A stretch of 32,000 nucleotides of DNA from Akkermansia muciniphila ATCC BAA-835 (GCF_000020225.1 NC_010655.1:1020001-1052000), one strand, 5' to 3'. Counted from the first letter of the stretch, positions 7,307-15,459 are shown. The notes: generated by a model not told the origin, from the letters alone. Numbers and translations: made by a program.

Positions 7307-9403
7307 TTATTCATGCCTGTGGATGTGGAGCAGCTCCTCATCGCAGAAGGGGCAGTATTCGTGCTCCCCGCGCAGATAGCCGTGCTTCTCGCAAACGGAA
7401 AAGAGCGGGGTGACGGTGAGGTACGGCATGCGGAAGCGGGTCAGCACTTTGCGGACAATGTCCCGGCAGGCTTCCGGGGAGCTGATGGCTTCGTTCATGT
7501 ACATGTGGAAGACGGTTCCTCCCGTGTAGCAGCATTGAAGTTCATCCTGAAGCTGGAGCGCCCGGAACAGATCACTTGTGTGGTCCACGGGAAGCTGGGA
7601 GCTGTTCGTGTAATAACGCTGCCCCACGGGGCCGGCCTGGATGATGTCAGGATAGCGTTTCTGGTCTTCGCGGGCGAAGCGGTGCGTGGTGCCTTCCGCG
7701 GGCGTGGCTTCCAGGTTGTACAGGTTGCCGGTTTCCTCCTGGTACTCCTGCATGCGCAAGCGGATGAATTCCAGGATCTCTTCAGCAAAGGCCCTGCCTT
7801 CTTCAGAGGTAATGTCCATCGTATCGTTGGAGAAATTGCGCAACAGCTCGTTCATGCCGTTGACGCCGATGGTGGAGAAATGGTTGCGGAAGGTGGGCAG
7901 GTAGCGTTTGGTGTAGGGGTACAGGCCGCGGTCATACATTTCCTGAACGAAGGCCCTTTTCTTTTCCAGGCAGGATTTGGCCAGGTCCAGCAGTTCTCCC
8001 AGCCTGGCGAACAGGGCCTCCCGGTTTTGCTTGAACAGGTAGCCCAGCCGGGCCAGGTTGATGGTCACTACGCCGATGGAGCCGGTCATTTCCGCGGAGC
8101 CGAAGAGACCGCCGCCGCGTTTGAGCAGTTCCCGCAGGTCCAGCTGGAGGCGGCAGCACATGGAACGCACGGCATCCGGCTTGTAGGCCCGTTCGTCAGG
8201 CACGCGTTCCCCGTGTTCATTGACGGTGTACTGGCTGCCGATGAAGTTCTGGAAGTAAGAGGAACCGATTTTGGCGGCGTTTTCAAACAGGAGAGGCACG
8301 TTTTCCCCTTCCCAGTCAAAGTCTTCCGTGATGTTGACGGTGGGGATGGGGAAGGTGAAGGGCTGTCCGGTGCTGTCCCCTTCCGTGAGAACTTCGTAAA
8401 AGGCCTTGTTGATCAGGTTCATTTCCTTCTGGAAATGCTTGTAGGTCAGTTCCGTCAGCTTGTTTGCCCCGCGTTCCCTCGCCAGGGCGAGCAGGTTCGC
8501 GTCTTCTATTCCTTCAAAGAGGTGTTCCCCTCCGCTGAAGGGGGCCTGATCCCGCAGGTCGCGCGGCACAGTCCAGTCGATCGTGACATTGGTAAAGGGA
8601 GATTGCCCCCAGCGCGAGGGTACGTTCAGGTTGTAGACAAAACTGCGGATGTCTTTCTTGATGCGGGGGAAGTCCGTCTGGTCCTTAAAAACGTAGGGCG
8701 CCAGGAAGGTGTCAAAGGAGCTGAAGGCCTGGGCGCCGGCCCATTCGCTTTGCAGAATGCCCAGAAAGTTCGCCATCTGGCCCAGGGCTTCCCGGAAGTG
8801 GCGGGGCGGCCTGCTGTTCACGCGGCTGCGCACGCCGTTGAATCCTTCATTGAGCAGGTTGCGGAGGCTCCATCCGGCGCAGTATCCGGTCAGGCAATCC
8901 AGGTCATGGATGTGGTAATCCCCTTCCCGGTGCGCGGCTCCTTCCCGTGCGGAGTAAACCTGGTCCAGCCAATAGTTGGCGATCACCTTGCCCGCCGTGT
9001 TGTTGATGAGCCCCGCATTGGAATACGTGGTATTGGAGTTGGCAGCAATGCGCCAGTCGCTTTGCCCGATATATTCCTCTACCGTCTGCTTGCAGTCCAC
9101 ATAGGTATTGCCGGAATAAAGGCCGCCAAGCTGTTCGCGCTGCATTTTGTGCAGGAAACGGTAGGTGATGAAGGCCTTGGCCGTGTCAAAATATCCGGAA
9201 CGGAACAGGGCGCGTTCAATCATGTCCTGAATCTCTTCCACATGCGCACTGTCCTGATGGCTCAGCTTGGCTTCCACCTCTTCATAGATGGAACGGTTGT
9301 AGGCGGTCCCGGAACTGTGGAAGGCTTTTCTAATGGCCTCTTCAATCTTATAGCCCTGGTATTGCTCCTTTTTCCCGGAACGTTTGATGATGCTTGTTGC
9401 CAT
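7307..9403 (-). CDS. nrdD: Anaerobic (class III) ribonucleoside-triphosphate reductase catalytic body, lacking the glycyl-radical tail
   Basis: N-terminal ATP-cone (MATSIIKRSGKKEQYQGYKIEEAIRKAF..), finger-loop SMCCRLQLD, and C-terminal Zn-ribbon CEKH..CPFC. The ORF-track N-terminal extension to 9691 overlaps the riboswitch and is rejected. Start taken at the ATG at 9403. Confidence 0.9.
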   Translation of the reverse strand: MATSIIKRSGKKEQYQGYKIEEAIRKAFHSSGTAYNRSIYEEVEAKLSHQDSAHVEEIQDMIERALFRSGYFDTAKAFITYRFLHKMQREQLGGLYSGNTYVDCKQTVEEYIGQSDWRIAANSNTTYSNAGLINNTAGKVIANYWLDQVYSAREGAAHREGDYHIHDLDCLTGYCAGWSLRNLLNEGFNGVRSRVNSRPPRHFREALGQMANFLGILQSEWAGAQAFSSFDTFLAPYVFKDQTDFPRIKKDIRSFVYNLNVPSRWGQSPFTNVTIDWTVPRDLRDQAPFSGGEHLFEGIEDANLLALARERGANKLTELTYKHFQKEMNLINKAFYEVLTEGDSTGQPFTFPIPTVNITEDFDWEGENVPLLFENAAKIGSSYFQNFIGSQYTVNEHGERVPDERAYKPDAVRSMCCRLQLDLRELLKRGGGLFGSAEMTGSIGVVTINLARLGYLFKQNREALFARLGELLDLAKSCLEKKRAFVQEMYDRGLYPYTKRYLPTFRNHFSTIGVNGMNELLRNFSNDTMDITSEEGRAFAEEILEFIRLRMQEYQEETGNLYNLEATPAEGTTHRFAREDQKRYPDIIQAGPVGQRYYTNSSQLPVDHTSDLFRALQLQDELQCCYTGGTVFHMYMNEAISSPEACRDIVRKVLTRFRMPYLTVTPLFSVCEKHGYLRGEHEYCPFCDEELLHIHRHE

Positions 9404-9554
9404 GATGGGTGTCTCGCTTGGAAAGGGTGGTGACCGCTCATCCGCGAGCCTGGGCAAAAGCCTGGAAAAACCATAGGCAGGGGCCAACCGCATGCGTGCA
9501 TTCCCGGAAAGGGGGGCATGCCGAAGACCTGTGCGTATGTTCATCCTGTCCGCG

Positions 9555-9730
9555 GGATGGGAATACGGCAGCATCAGGTCGTCTTCTGGCTTCCGGTGCG
9601 ACATGTGATGGGGACTTCCCGGCTGCCTGGGCAGCCAGTGTCCGGTCCATCGTCTACCGGTTACAGCGGCGCGTCCGCGACGGATTTTCACCGTCTTCCG
9701 TTACCTGCGCTGGAACGCAATGAACCACAG
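9555..9730 (-). promoter_or_regulatory. Adenosylcobalamin (B12) riboswitch in the nrdD leader
   Basis: The minus strand reads ..GGAAGACGGTGAAAATCCGTCGCGGACGCGCCGCTGTAACC..GACACTGGCTGCCCAGGCAGCCGGGAAGTCC..GAAGCCAGAAGACGACCTGATGC.. This matches the conserved GGTGnnAAnnCC / GCC-CTGTAA core, the CACTG..GGGAAG element and the B12 box. Confidence 0.85.
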
Positions 9731-9952
9731 AAAGAGACCTCCCGCAAGAAAAATGTATAAATAATGTGTTAAATAATTATTCATATGCTATATATAGTAT
9801 ATAACGGTAGAAAAATGATTGATAACACAGCCTTCTTTTCCGTCATGGCACCATATATGCCCTTGCGCCCCTTTCCCGGTCTGGAGGAGCGCGGGAAAAG
9901 AAGAATTCTTGTTGCAAGAAAATTCCAGCCTTCTTTTCCCGTATAATATAAC

Positions 9953-12187
9953 ATGCGTTTCTTTGCCTTTTCAAAAAATGGATGGAAAAAATACTTTCTG
10001 TTGCCGGTCCTTTCCATGCTTTCCGCAGGAACTTCCGTTTCCGGGGCTTCCGCAGACTGGAATGAAAAGACCATCCGGGACAATCTTCAGCTGGTGGCGG
10101 AATGGCAGGCGAAGCATCCCAAAAAACGTTCGCCGCTGCATTGGACTTACGGTGCTTTTTATTCCGGCCTGGTGCAATATGGCCTGTCCGTTCCGGAAGG
10201 GCCGGGGCTGCCGTTGCTGAGAAAAGCGGGAGAAGAGCAGGGGTGGAAGACCCTGAACCGGCATTATCATGCGGACGACCATGCCGTGGGGCATGCCTGG
10301 ATGGAGATGGCGATGGAAGACGGCAATCCCGCCGCAGCTGAAAAGATCCGCGCCGTGCTGGACAAGGTGATGAACCGGCCTTCCTCCGCTTCCCTCCAAT
10401 TCCTGACTCCGGGCTGCCAGGACCGCTGGAGCTGGTCGGACGCCCTGTTTATGTCCCCTCCCGTGTTCGTGAAACTGGCGGCCTATACCGGAGACCGCCG
10501 TTATCTGGAGTTTATGGATAGGGAATACAAGCTTACCTGCGACTATCTTTTTGACCGGGAGGAGGGCCTGTTTTTCCGGGATTCCCGCTATTTTACCGTT
10601 CCGGCGGCAAATGGGAAAAAGATGTTCTGGAGCCGGGGCAACGGCTGGGTGATTGCCGGATTGCCTCTTATTTTGCAGGACATGCCTGCGGACTGGCCTT
10701 CCCGCCCCTTTTATGAAGACTTGCTTAAACGTCTGGCGGCAGCCCTGAAAAAATGCCAGTCGCCCGACGGTTCCTGGCATGCGAGCCTGCTGGATCCGGA
10801 CGAACCTCCCTTGAAAGAGATGAGCGGCACCCTCTTTATCATGTACGGGATGCTGTGGGGAGTGAACCAGGGATATCTGGATGCGGATGAATACCTTCCC
10901 TCCATCTGTAAGGCCTGGAAGGCCGCCTGTGATGCGGTCAGCAAGGAGGGCGCGCTGGGATGGGTACAGCCTATTGCGGACAAGCCGGGCCATTATTCCG
11001 GGAAAGATACGGAGGTGTACGGCGCAGGGGCCTACCTGATGGCCGGGAGTGAGTTGCGTAAATATGTCATTGACCGGGATCATCCGCAGAAGAAGACCGT
11101 GACCGTTACGAATCCCCTGGGCAGGTTCCGCCCTGCTGAGACCGTGTCGGTTCCATGGCCGTCCGGAGGTTCCGGTGATGCCGCCGGCCTTCGCGTTTTT
11201 GACGTCCGTCACGGACGTGTTATCCCGCATCAGCTGGCGGATACGGATGGTGACGGAACAACGGATACCCTTTTGTTCCAGAGCAATTTCCGGCCCGGAA
11301 CGGTTCGTGATTTCTGGATTCTGGAGAATTCCTGCCTGGGCGAAGCTCCTTCCGCGGATGTCTGTTTCAGCCGTCCGGTACCGGAGCGGCTGGATGATTT
11401 CGCATGGGAAAATGATCTTACGGCGCACCGGATTTACGGTCCGGCCGTCGCCAGGCCTGCCCCTGAGGGAGAGGGCCTGGTTTCCAGTGGGACGGATGTA
11501 TGGAGCAAGCGCGCGGGCACTCCCGTTATCAATGAATTTTACAAACGGGGGGATTACCACCGGGATCACGGTCGGGGACTGGATATGTACAATGTAGGTC
11601 CGGGGCGGGGCTGCGGCGGCATTGCCGTGTTCAGGGATGGAAAACCGCATGTGTCCGGAAACTGGGCCAGCGCCCGGACATTGTACAATGGCCCGGTCCA
11701 GACCGCTTTTGAGGTGGTTTATGCACCGTGGGACATTGGCGGCGGCGTGCGTGTGGCGGAGACGCGGAGGGTGACGCTGGATGCGGGAAACCGTTTCTCC
11801 AAAGTCCGCAGCGTCTTGAACGTCCGGGGGGCTGAAACGGTGAAGGCCGGTGTGGGAATGGATACCGGAAAGCGCAGAAATGATTATGAAGCGGTTATGG
11901 AGGACCGGGAGTCCGGCGGCCTGATGACCGCATGGAGCAGGCCCCGGAAGGATGACGGATGCCTGGGAACCGCCGTAATCGTGCCCTGGGTTCCGGAAGG
12001 CCGTGCGGTGGATGCGGAAGGCTGTACCTACTTGCTCAGGAAGGTCGCGAACGGAGAACCCTTTGAATGGTACATGGGGGCGGTTTGGGACAAGGCTTCT
12101 CCCATTCGGTCCGCTGCCGGCTGGGAAGCGGAGGCTCGCCGTGTCCGGGAGTGCATCGGCCATCCACTGCAAGTCCGGGTGCGGTAG
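9953..12187 (+). CDS. Secreted GH105/GH88-type unsaturated glycuronyl hydrolase fused to a DUF4861-like C-terminal domain
   Basis: Signal peptide (KKYFLLPVLSMLSAGTSVSGASA). Hydrolase motifs HADDHAVGHAW, WSWSDALFMSPP and FWSRGNGW. The second half (about 370 aa, ..FDVRHGRVIPHQLADTDGDG..ENDLTAHRIYGP..) resembles DUF4861. Confidence 0.8.
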   Translation: MRFFAFSKNGWKKYFLLPVLSMLSAGTSVSGASADWNEKTIRDNLQLVAEWQAKHPKKRSPLHWTYGAFYSGLVQYGLSVPEGPGLPLLRKAGEEQGWKTLNRHYHADDHAVGHAWMEMAMEDGNPAAAEKIRAVLDKVMNRPSSASLQFLTPGCQDRWSWSDALFMSPPVFVKLAAYTGDRRYLEFMDREYKLTCDYLFDREEGLFFRDSRYFTVPAANGKKMFWSRGNGWVIAGLPLILQDMPADWPSRPFYEDLLKRLAAALKKCQSPDGSWHASLLDPDEPPLKEMSGTLFIMYGMLWGVNQGYLDADEYLPSICKAWKAACDAVSKEGALGWVQPIADKPGHYSGKDTEVYGAGAYLMAGSELRKYVIDRDHPQKKTVTVTNPLGRFRPAETVSVPWPSGGSGDAAGLRVFDVRHGRVIPHQLADTDGDGTTDTLLFQSNFRPGTVRDFWILENSCLGEAPSADVCFSRPVPERLDDFAWENDLTAHRIYGPAVARPAPEGEGLVSSGTDVWSKRAGTPVINEFYKRGDYHRDHGRGLDMYNVGPGRGCGGIAVFRDGKPHVSGNWASARTLYNGPVQTAFEVVYAPWDIGGGVRVAETRRVTLDAGNRFSKVRSVLNVRGAETVKAGVGMDTGKRRNDYEAVMEDRESGGLMTAWSRPRKDDGCLGTAVIVPWVPEGRAVDAEGCTYLLRKVANGEPFEWYMGAVWDKASPIRSAAGWEAEARRVRECIGHPLQVRVR

Positions 12188-12238
12188 GAGCCGCCGCATC
12201 CTGTTGTTTCTCGCGGAGCGCGTGGCGGCTTCCTCTTG

Positions 12239-13957
12239 TTACGGCTGCGGCGGTGCGGGAATGGGCAGCCATTCCGCCAGCGTTTCCGGCTGGAGGGGGG
12301 CCGGAGTTTCCCGCGCGTCCGGAGAAGCCAGATTCAGGTCGTTCCTGACGATTTCCGACCGGATGGAAGCCAGGGAAAGAAGGGTATGGAAGATGTGGTC
12401 GTGGGAGACGGCTTTCAGCCGGTTGGCTTTCAGGGCGCGCACCATGTCCGGATAGCGTGAGGCGAAGGTGTCCGAATACCAGATGAACATGGCAGGCCGG
12501 TAAACAGGCGGCAGGATATGGCCCTGGAACATTTTTCCTTCCTCTCCCAGCGCTACGCCGTGGTCGGAGCAGTAAAAATAAATGGCGGGCCTGTTCTTCA
12601 ACAGTGCAATCATGCGGTGAATGGAGGCATCCAGGTCGACGATGGAATTGTCATAGGCATTGACGGTTTCTTCCAGACGGGCCTTGGGGTCGTCCATATT
12701 GCAGGATGCCGGGGTAAAACATTCCGCCTGCGCGGGGTAGCTGAACGCCATATGGCTCCCGTTATTGTAAATGATATAAAGCTGCCTGTTGCGGCCGAAG
12801 TTTTTCAGGGATTCCTCCATGACCAGGGAAGTTCGTTCCTGCATCATTCCGGGCGTCTGGTGCTGGAGCGGCGTCTGTCTCCGTTCACGGCAGTTCCGTG
12901 TCAGGATGCCCAGGGAATAATCATGAATGGAATCTCCGCTCAGGTCCATGATACGGACGGTGCGGAATCCGTGTTTGTTGAACAGGTCAATGAAGGAGGA
13001 GTGACCGGGAGTGCGGCGGCACAGTTCCGCATCCGTAAACATGCCGATGGCGGAAATTCTGGTCACGATGCCAAAGGAAGTGGCATGCGGGAAGGAAACG
13101 ACGTTGGGTTCTTTGGAAAGCCGGGGCATTGTGTTCCGATGGTAACCGTTCAGGGGAAGATGGTCCCCCCGGACACTCTCCCCCATGTGGAAAACCACGG
13201 CCAGGTCGTCTGGGGCTTCGCACTGGGAAAGGGGCTCCGCGCAGGACGGAAGATTCCGCAATGTGTTGAAACGCCCCGCATCCTGGGTGATGTATTCGTC
13301 CGCCAGTTTGCACGTCATTGCAATATCCACGAGAGGCCAGCCTTTGGCCTTGTCAGACGTGTAGTAAAGATAAAGGGGTTCCAAGCTGTAGGAGGCTGCC
13401 GGAATGCTCAGCAGCAGAAGGGCCGCGTACAGGCCCCAAATGCATGCCAGTGCACCCCACGTGGCTTTTTGACGCAGGGAACGGCGGCTCCAGTAGATGG
13501 CCAGGTAGATAAACCCGGCCAGAAGCAGGGTTCCTGCAATGGAAGCGGGGGTGCAGAAGGCGCAGGCTTCCTGGAAATTGGTCTCCGCCATGCTGGAAAG
13601 CACGGAAAGGTTCAGGACCAATCCGTACCGCATCTGCATCATGTACAGGCCCGCATTGAACAGAATGATGGCGGGAAGAAGGACATAGGCGGTGAAGCGG
13701 TATTTCAGGCAGAGAAGAATGGTGCCGCAGAGCAGGGATGCGGAGCAGGCGATGCCCATGCTGCTCATCAGCAGGCTTTGGCCATCGTTGAGCACATAGG
13801 GATTGGCCGCCAGCGCCGCCGCAAGCCCGGCTGCCCACAGGCAGCGCATGCGGCGGGGAATGAACGCGGCGCGCAGAGCCTGGCAGACAGCGGCCGACAG
13901 GCCGTATGCGGACGGATACCGTTCTGCGGAACCGGCGGATGCATGGGGAGGGATCAT
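12239..13957 (-). CDS. Phosphoethanolamine transferase (EptA/LptA-like, sulfatase superfamily)
   Basis: Multi-TM N-terminus followed by a periplasmic sulfatase domain with HMGESVRGDH (metal ligand) and SFGIVTRISAIGMF (nucleophile Thr region, compare SCGTATAVSVPCMF). An alternative start lies at Met37. Confidence 0.8.
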   Translation of the reverse strand: MIPPHASAGSAERYPSAYGLSAAVCQALRAAFIPRRMRCLWAAGLAAALAANPYVLNDGQSLLMSSMGIACSASLLCGTILLCLKYRFTAYVLLPAIILFNAGLYMMQMRYGLVLNLSVLSSMAETNFQEACAFCTPASIAGTLLLAGFIYLAIYWSRRSLRQKATWGALACIWGLYAALLLLSIPAASYSLEPLYLYYTSDKAKGWPLVDIAMTCKLADEYITQDAGRFNTLRNLPSCAEPLSQCEAPDDLAVVFHMGESVRGDHLPLNGYHRNTMPRLSKEPNVVSFPHATSFGIVTRISAIGMFTDAELCRRTPGHSSFIDLFNKHGFRTVRIMDLSGDSIHDYSLGILTRNCRERRQTPLQHQTPGMMQERTSLVMEESLKNFGRNRQLYIIYNNGSHMAFSYPAQAECFTPASCNMDDPKARLEETVNAYDNSIVDLDASIHRMIALLKNRPAIYFYCSDHGVALGEEGKMFQGHILPPVYRPAMFIWYSDTFASRYPDMVRALKANRLKAVSHDHIFHTLLSLASIRSEIVRNDLNLASPDARETPAPLQPETLAEWLPIPAPPQP

Positions 13958-14107
13958 CGCAAAGGAGGGATAAAGAATGCTTCCTGCTTAAAGCGAAGAG
14001 AAATTATAAGAGTTTTAAAATGAATCGCAAGCAGAATGTTGGAGAAGCTTTTTCCGGTGTGGGCCGCCTCCGTAAAAAGGGAAGGGTTTTCTTTCATGGA
14101 CTGCTGC

Positions 14108-14146
14108 GGCAAAAACAGAAAACCGCCCGGAATGTTCCGGGCGGTT
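14108..14146 (-). terminator. Rho-independent terminator downstream of rubrerythrin
   Basis: AACCGCCCGG (14121-14130) pairs with CCGGGCGGTT (14137-14146). On the minus strand it is followed by TTCTGTTTTT. Confidence 0.6.
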
Positions 14147-14185
14147 CCTGGGTGCCGTGGACGGCCTCCGGTGCTCAAACGGAAT

Positions 14186-14734
14186 TTATCCGATGACGAG
14201 GAATTTTTCAGCCTTGGTGCCGCAGAGGGGGCACGCATCCACGCCTTCCAGAGATTTGAACGTATCTCCGCAAACCAGGCATATCCAGTATTGCCTGGGC
14301 AGGGAACTGGTATCTCCGCTTTCCAGGGCCTTCAGGGCGACGGAATAAAAATCGGCATGTTCTTTTTCCGCTTCCGTGGCCCACGTGAAGGAACGGACGG
14401 CGGCTTTCTGCCCTTCCTCTTCCGCCACAGCGATGAATTCCGGATACATGCTTTCAAATTCATGGGTTTCCCCGGCAATGGCGGCTTTCAGGTTTTCCGC
14501 GGTGGTTCCTACATGGATCTGGATATCGATGGGCTCCATTGTTGCCCCCAGCTTTTCCAGAACCTTGTTGTGGTTGGCGGCGTGGACGGATTCCGCCTTG
14601 GAGGCGGCTTCAAACAATTTCTGAATAAGGGGCTGCCCTTCCTGGGCGGCTTTGGCGGCATAGGCCGCGTAAGTGGCGGAGGCGGTGCTTTCGCCCGTAA
14701 TGGCAGCTTTCAGGTTTTCTATGGTCTTAGTCAT
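14186..14734 (-). CDS. rbr: Rubrerythrin
   Basis: Di-iron four-helix bundle (ESTASATYAAYA.., ESVHAANH, GETHEF, EKEHADFY) plus a C-terminal rubredoxin CLVCG..CPLCG. Start set at MTKTIENLK (14734). The upstream extension in the ORF track is low-complexity Ala/Gly. Confidence 0.9.
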   Translation of the reverse strand: MTKTIENLKAAITGESTASATYAAYAAKAAQEGQPLIQKLFEAASKAESVHAANHNKVLEKLGATMEPIDIQIHVGTTAENLKAAIAGETHEFESMYPEFIAVAEEEGQKAAVRSFTWATEAEKEHADFYSVALKALESGDTSSLPRQYWICLVCGDTFKSLEGVDACPLCGTKAEKFLVIG

Positions 14735-14745
14735 CGGAAATAAAT

Positions 14746-14760
14746 TTATAATAATTCTAA
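14746..14760. promoter_or_regulatory. PerR/Fur-family-like operator (7-1-7 inverted repeat) overlapping the rubrerythrin -10 region
   Basis: TTATAAT-A-ATTCTAA, one mismatch from the perfect palindrome TTATAATnATTATAA. It lies 12 nt upstream of the rbr ATG. Confidence 0.35.
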
Positions 14761-14850
14761 AAAGATGCAACTGAAAAAATCCTTCAAGGGAGGAAAAAAC
14801 GCAAATTCCTCTTTCTGCGGCATCACGGGGAGCCGTTACACAATGATTCA

Positions 14851-14879
14851 TTGACGCGTGCATGGCGAGCCTGTACAAC
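14851..14879 (+). promoter_or_regulatory. Sigma70-like promoter (TTGACG-17-TACAAC), with the -10 ending 9 nt upstream of the ATG at 14889
   Basis: Hexamers and 17-nt spacer read directly from the sequence. The position argues for the 14889 start rather than the 14862 ATG, which lies inside the spacer. Confidence 0.4.
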
Positions 14880-14888
14880 GGAAACGTT

Positions 14889-15437
14889 ATGAAGAGCATT
14901 GTAACAATTAGTTCGGCATGTGCCCTGGCATTTGCAGGTATGGCTTCCGCCCAGGATGCCCCGGCTCCGGCACCCGCCGCTGAAACTCCTGCCGCGCCCG
15001 TTGCGCCGGCCGCTGAAGTTTCCAAGGAAGCGAAGGAAGCCGCTGATCAGATGCTGGCGTTGATGAAGGAAATGTCCGCTACGCTCAGCACGGTGAAGGA
15101 CAAGGCCACTGCAGACGCGGCTGCGGAAAAGATGGCAAAGATCAATGAAAAGGGGGAAGCCCTTTCCAAGAGCGCCCAGAAGGTTCAGGCTGAAATGGAT
15201 GCCGCCATGCAGGCGCGCCAGGCCGAGCTTCTGCCCATTTTCATGGGCATGATGACTGACATGCAGCGTTTGCAGCAGGCCGACTTTTACGGAAGCCAGG
15301 CCCTGAAGGACGCCATGAAGCAGACCGGCGCTGCCGGTCCGGAAGAAGATGTGGAAGTGGAGGAAGATGTGGAGGTAGAAGCAGTTCCGGCCCCCGCTCC
15401 CGCCCAGAAGGAAGCGTCCGCCCCCGCCGCCAAGTAA
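14889..15437 (+). CDS. Secreted hypothetical protein (signal peptide, Pro/Ala linker, helical core, acidic EEDVEV repeat)
   Basis: MKSIVTISSACALAFAGMASA/QD signal, PAPAPA low-complexity stretches, and no recognisable catalytic motif. Confidence 0.55.
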   Translation: MKSIVTISSACALAFAGMASAQDAPAPAPAAETPAAPVAPAAEVSKEAKEAADQMLALMKEMSATLSTVKDKATADAAAEKMAKINEKGEALSKSAQKVQAEMDAAMQARQAELLPIFMGMMTDMQRLQQADFYGSQALKDAMKQTGAAGPEEDVEVEEDVEVEAVPAPAPAQKEASAPAAK

Positions 15438-15459
15438 CTTTCTTTTTCAGGATTGTCTC

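Noticed and set aside
7313-9433. 706-aa plus-strand ORF antisense to nrdD. Similar long antisense ORFs lie at 12518..14023, 15559..16863, 17104..18114, 19161..20819, 22369..23391, 23533..24225, 24202..25194, 25380..26828, 28182..29348 and 31035..31745.
   Set aside because: All are codon-register mirror ORFs of genes with strong family signatures on the other strand. Their compositions are typical of antisense translation.
9404-9691. N-terminal 96-aa extension of the nrdD ORF (MKIRRGRAAVTGRRW...)
   Set aside because: The extension is occupied by the cobalamin riboswitch and its expression platform. The ATP-cone begins exactly at the Met at 9403.
9971-12199. 742-aa minus-strand ORF spanning almost exactly the same coordinates as the GH105/DUF4861 gene
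   Set aside because: It is in exact codon register with the plus-strand gene, so it is a shadow ORF arising from the absence of TTA/CTA/TCA. Its translation is Arg/Pro/Gly/His-rich with no recognisable motif, whereas the plus-strand product has clear hydrolase motifs and a signal peptide.
14735-15025. N-terminal extension of the rubrerythrin ORF (Ala/Gly-rich, 97 aa)
   Set aside because: It runs antisense through the neighbouring gene's signal peptide and promoter. Canonical rubrerythrin begins at MTKTIENLK, and a promoter-like AT-rich region sits directly upstream of 14734.
15342-15377. 18-bp tandem duplication (GAAGAAGATGTGGAAGTG / GAGGAAGATGTGGAGGTA)
   Set aside because: It is an in-frame EEDVEV-EEDVEV coding repeat inside the acidic tail of the hypothetical secreted protein, not a CRISPR-like or regulatory repeat.
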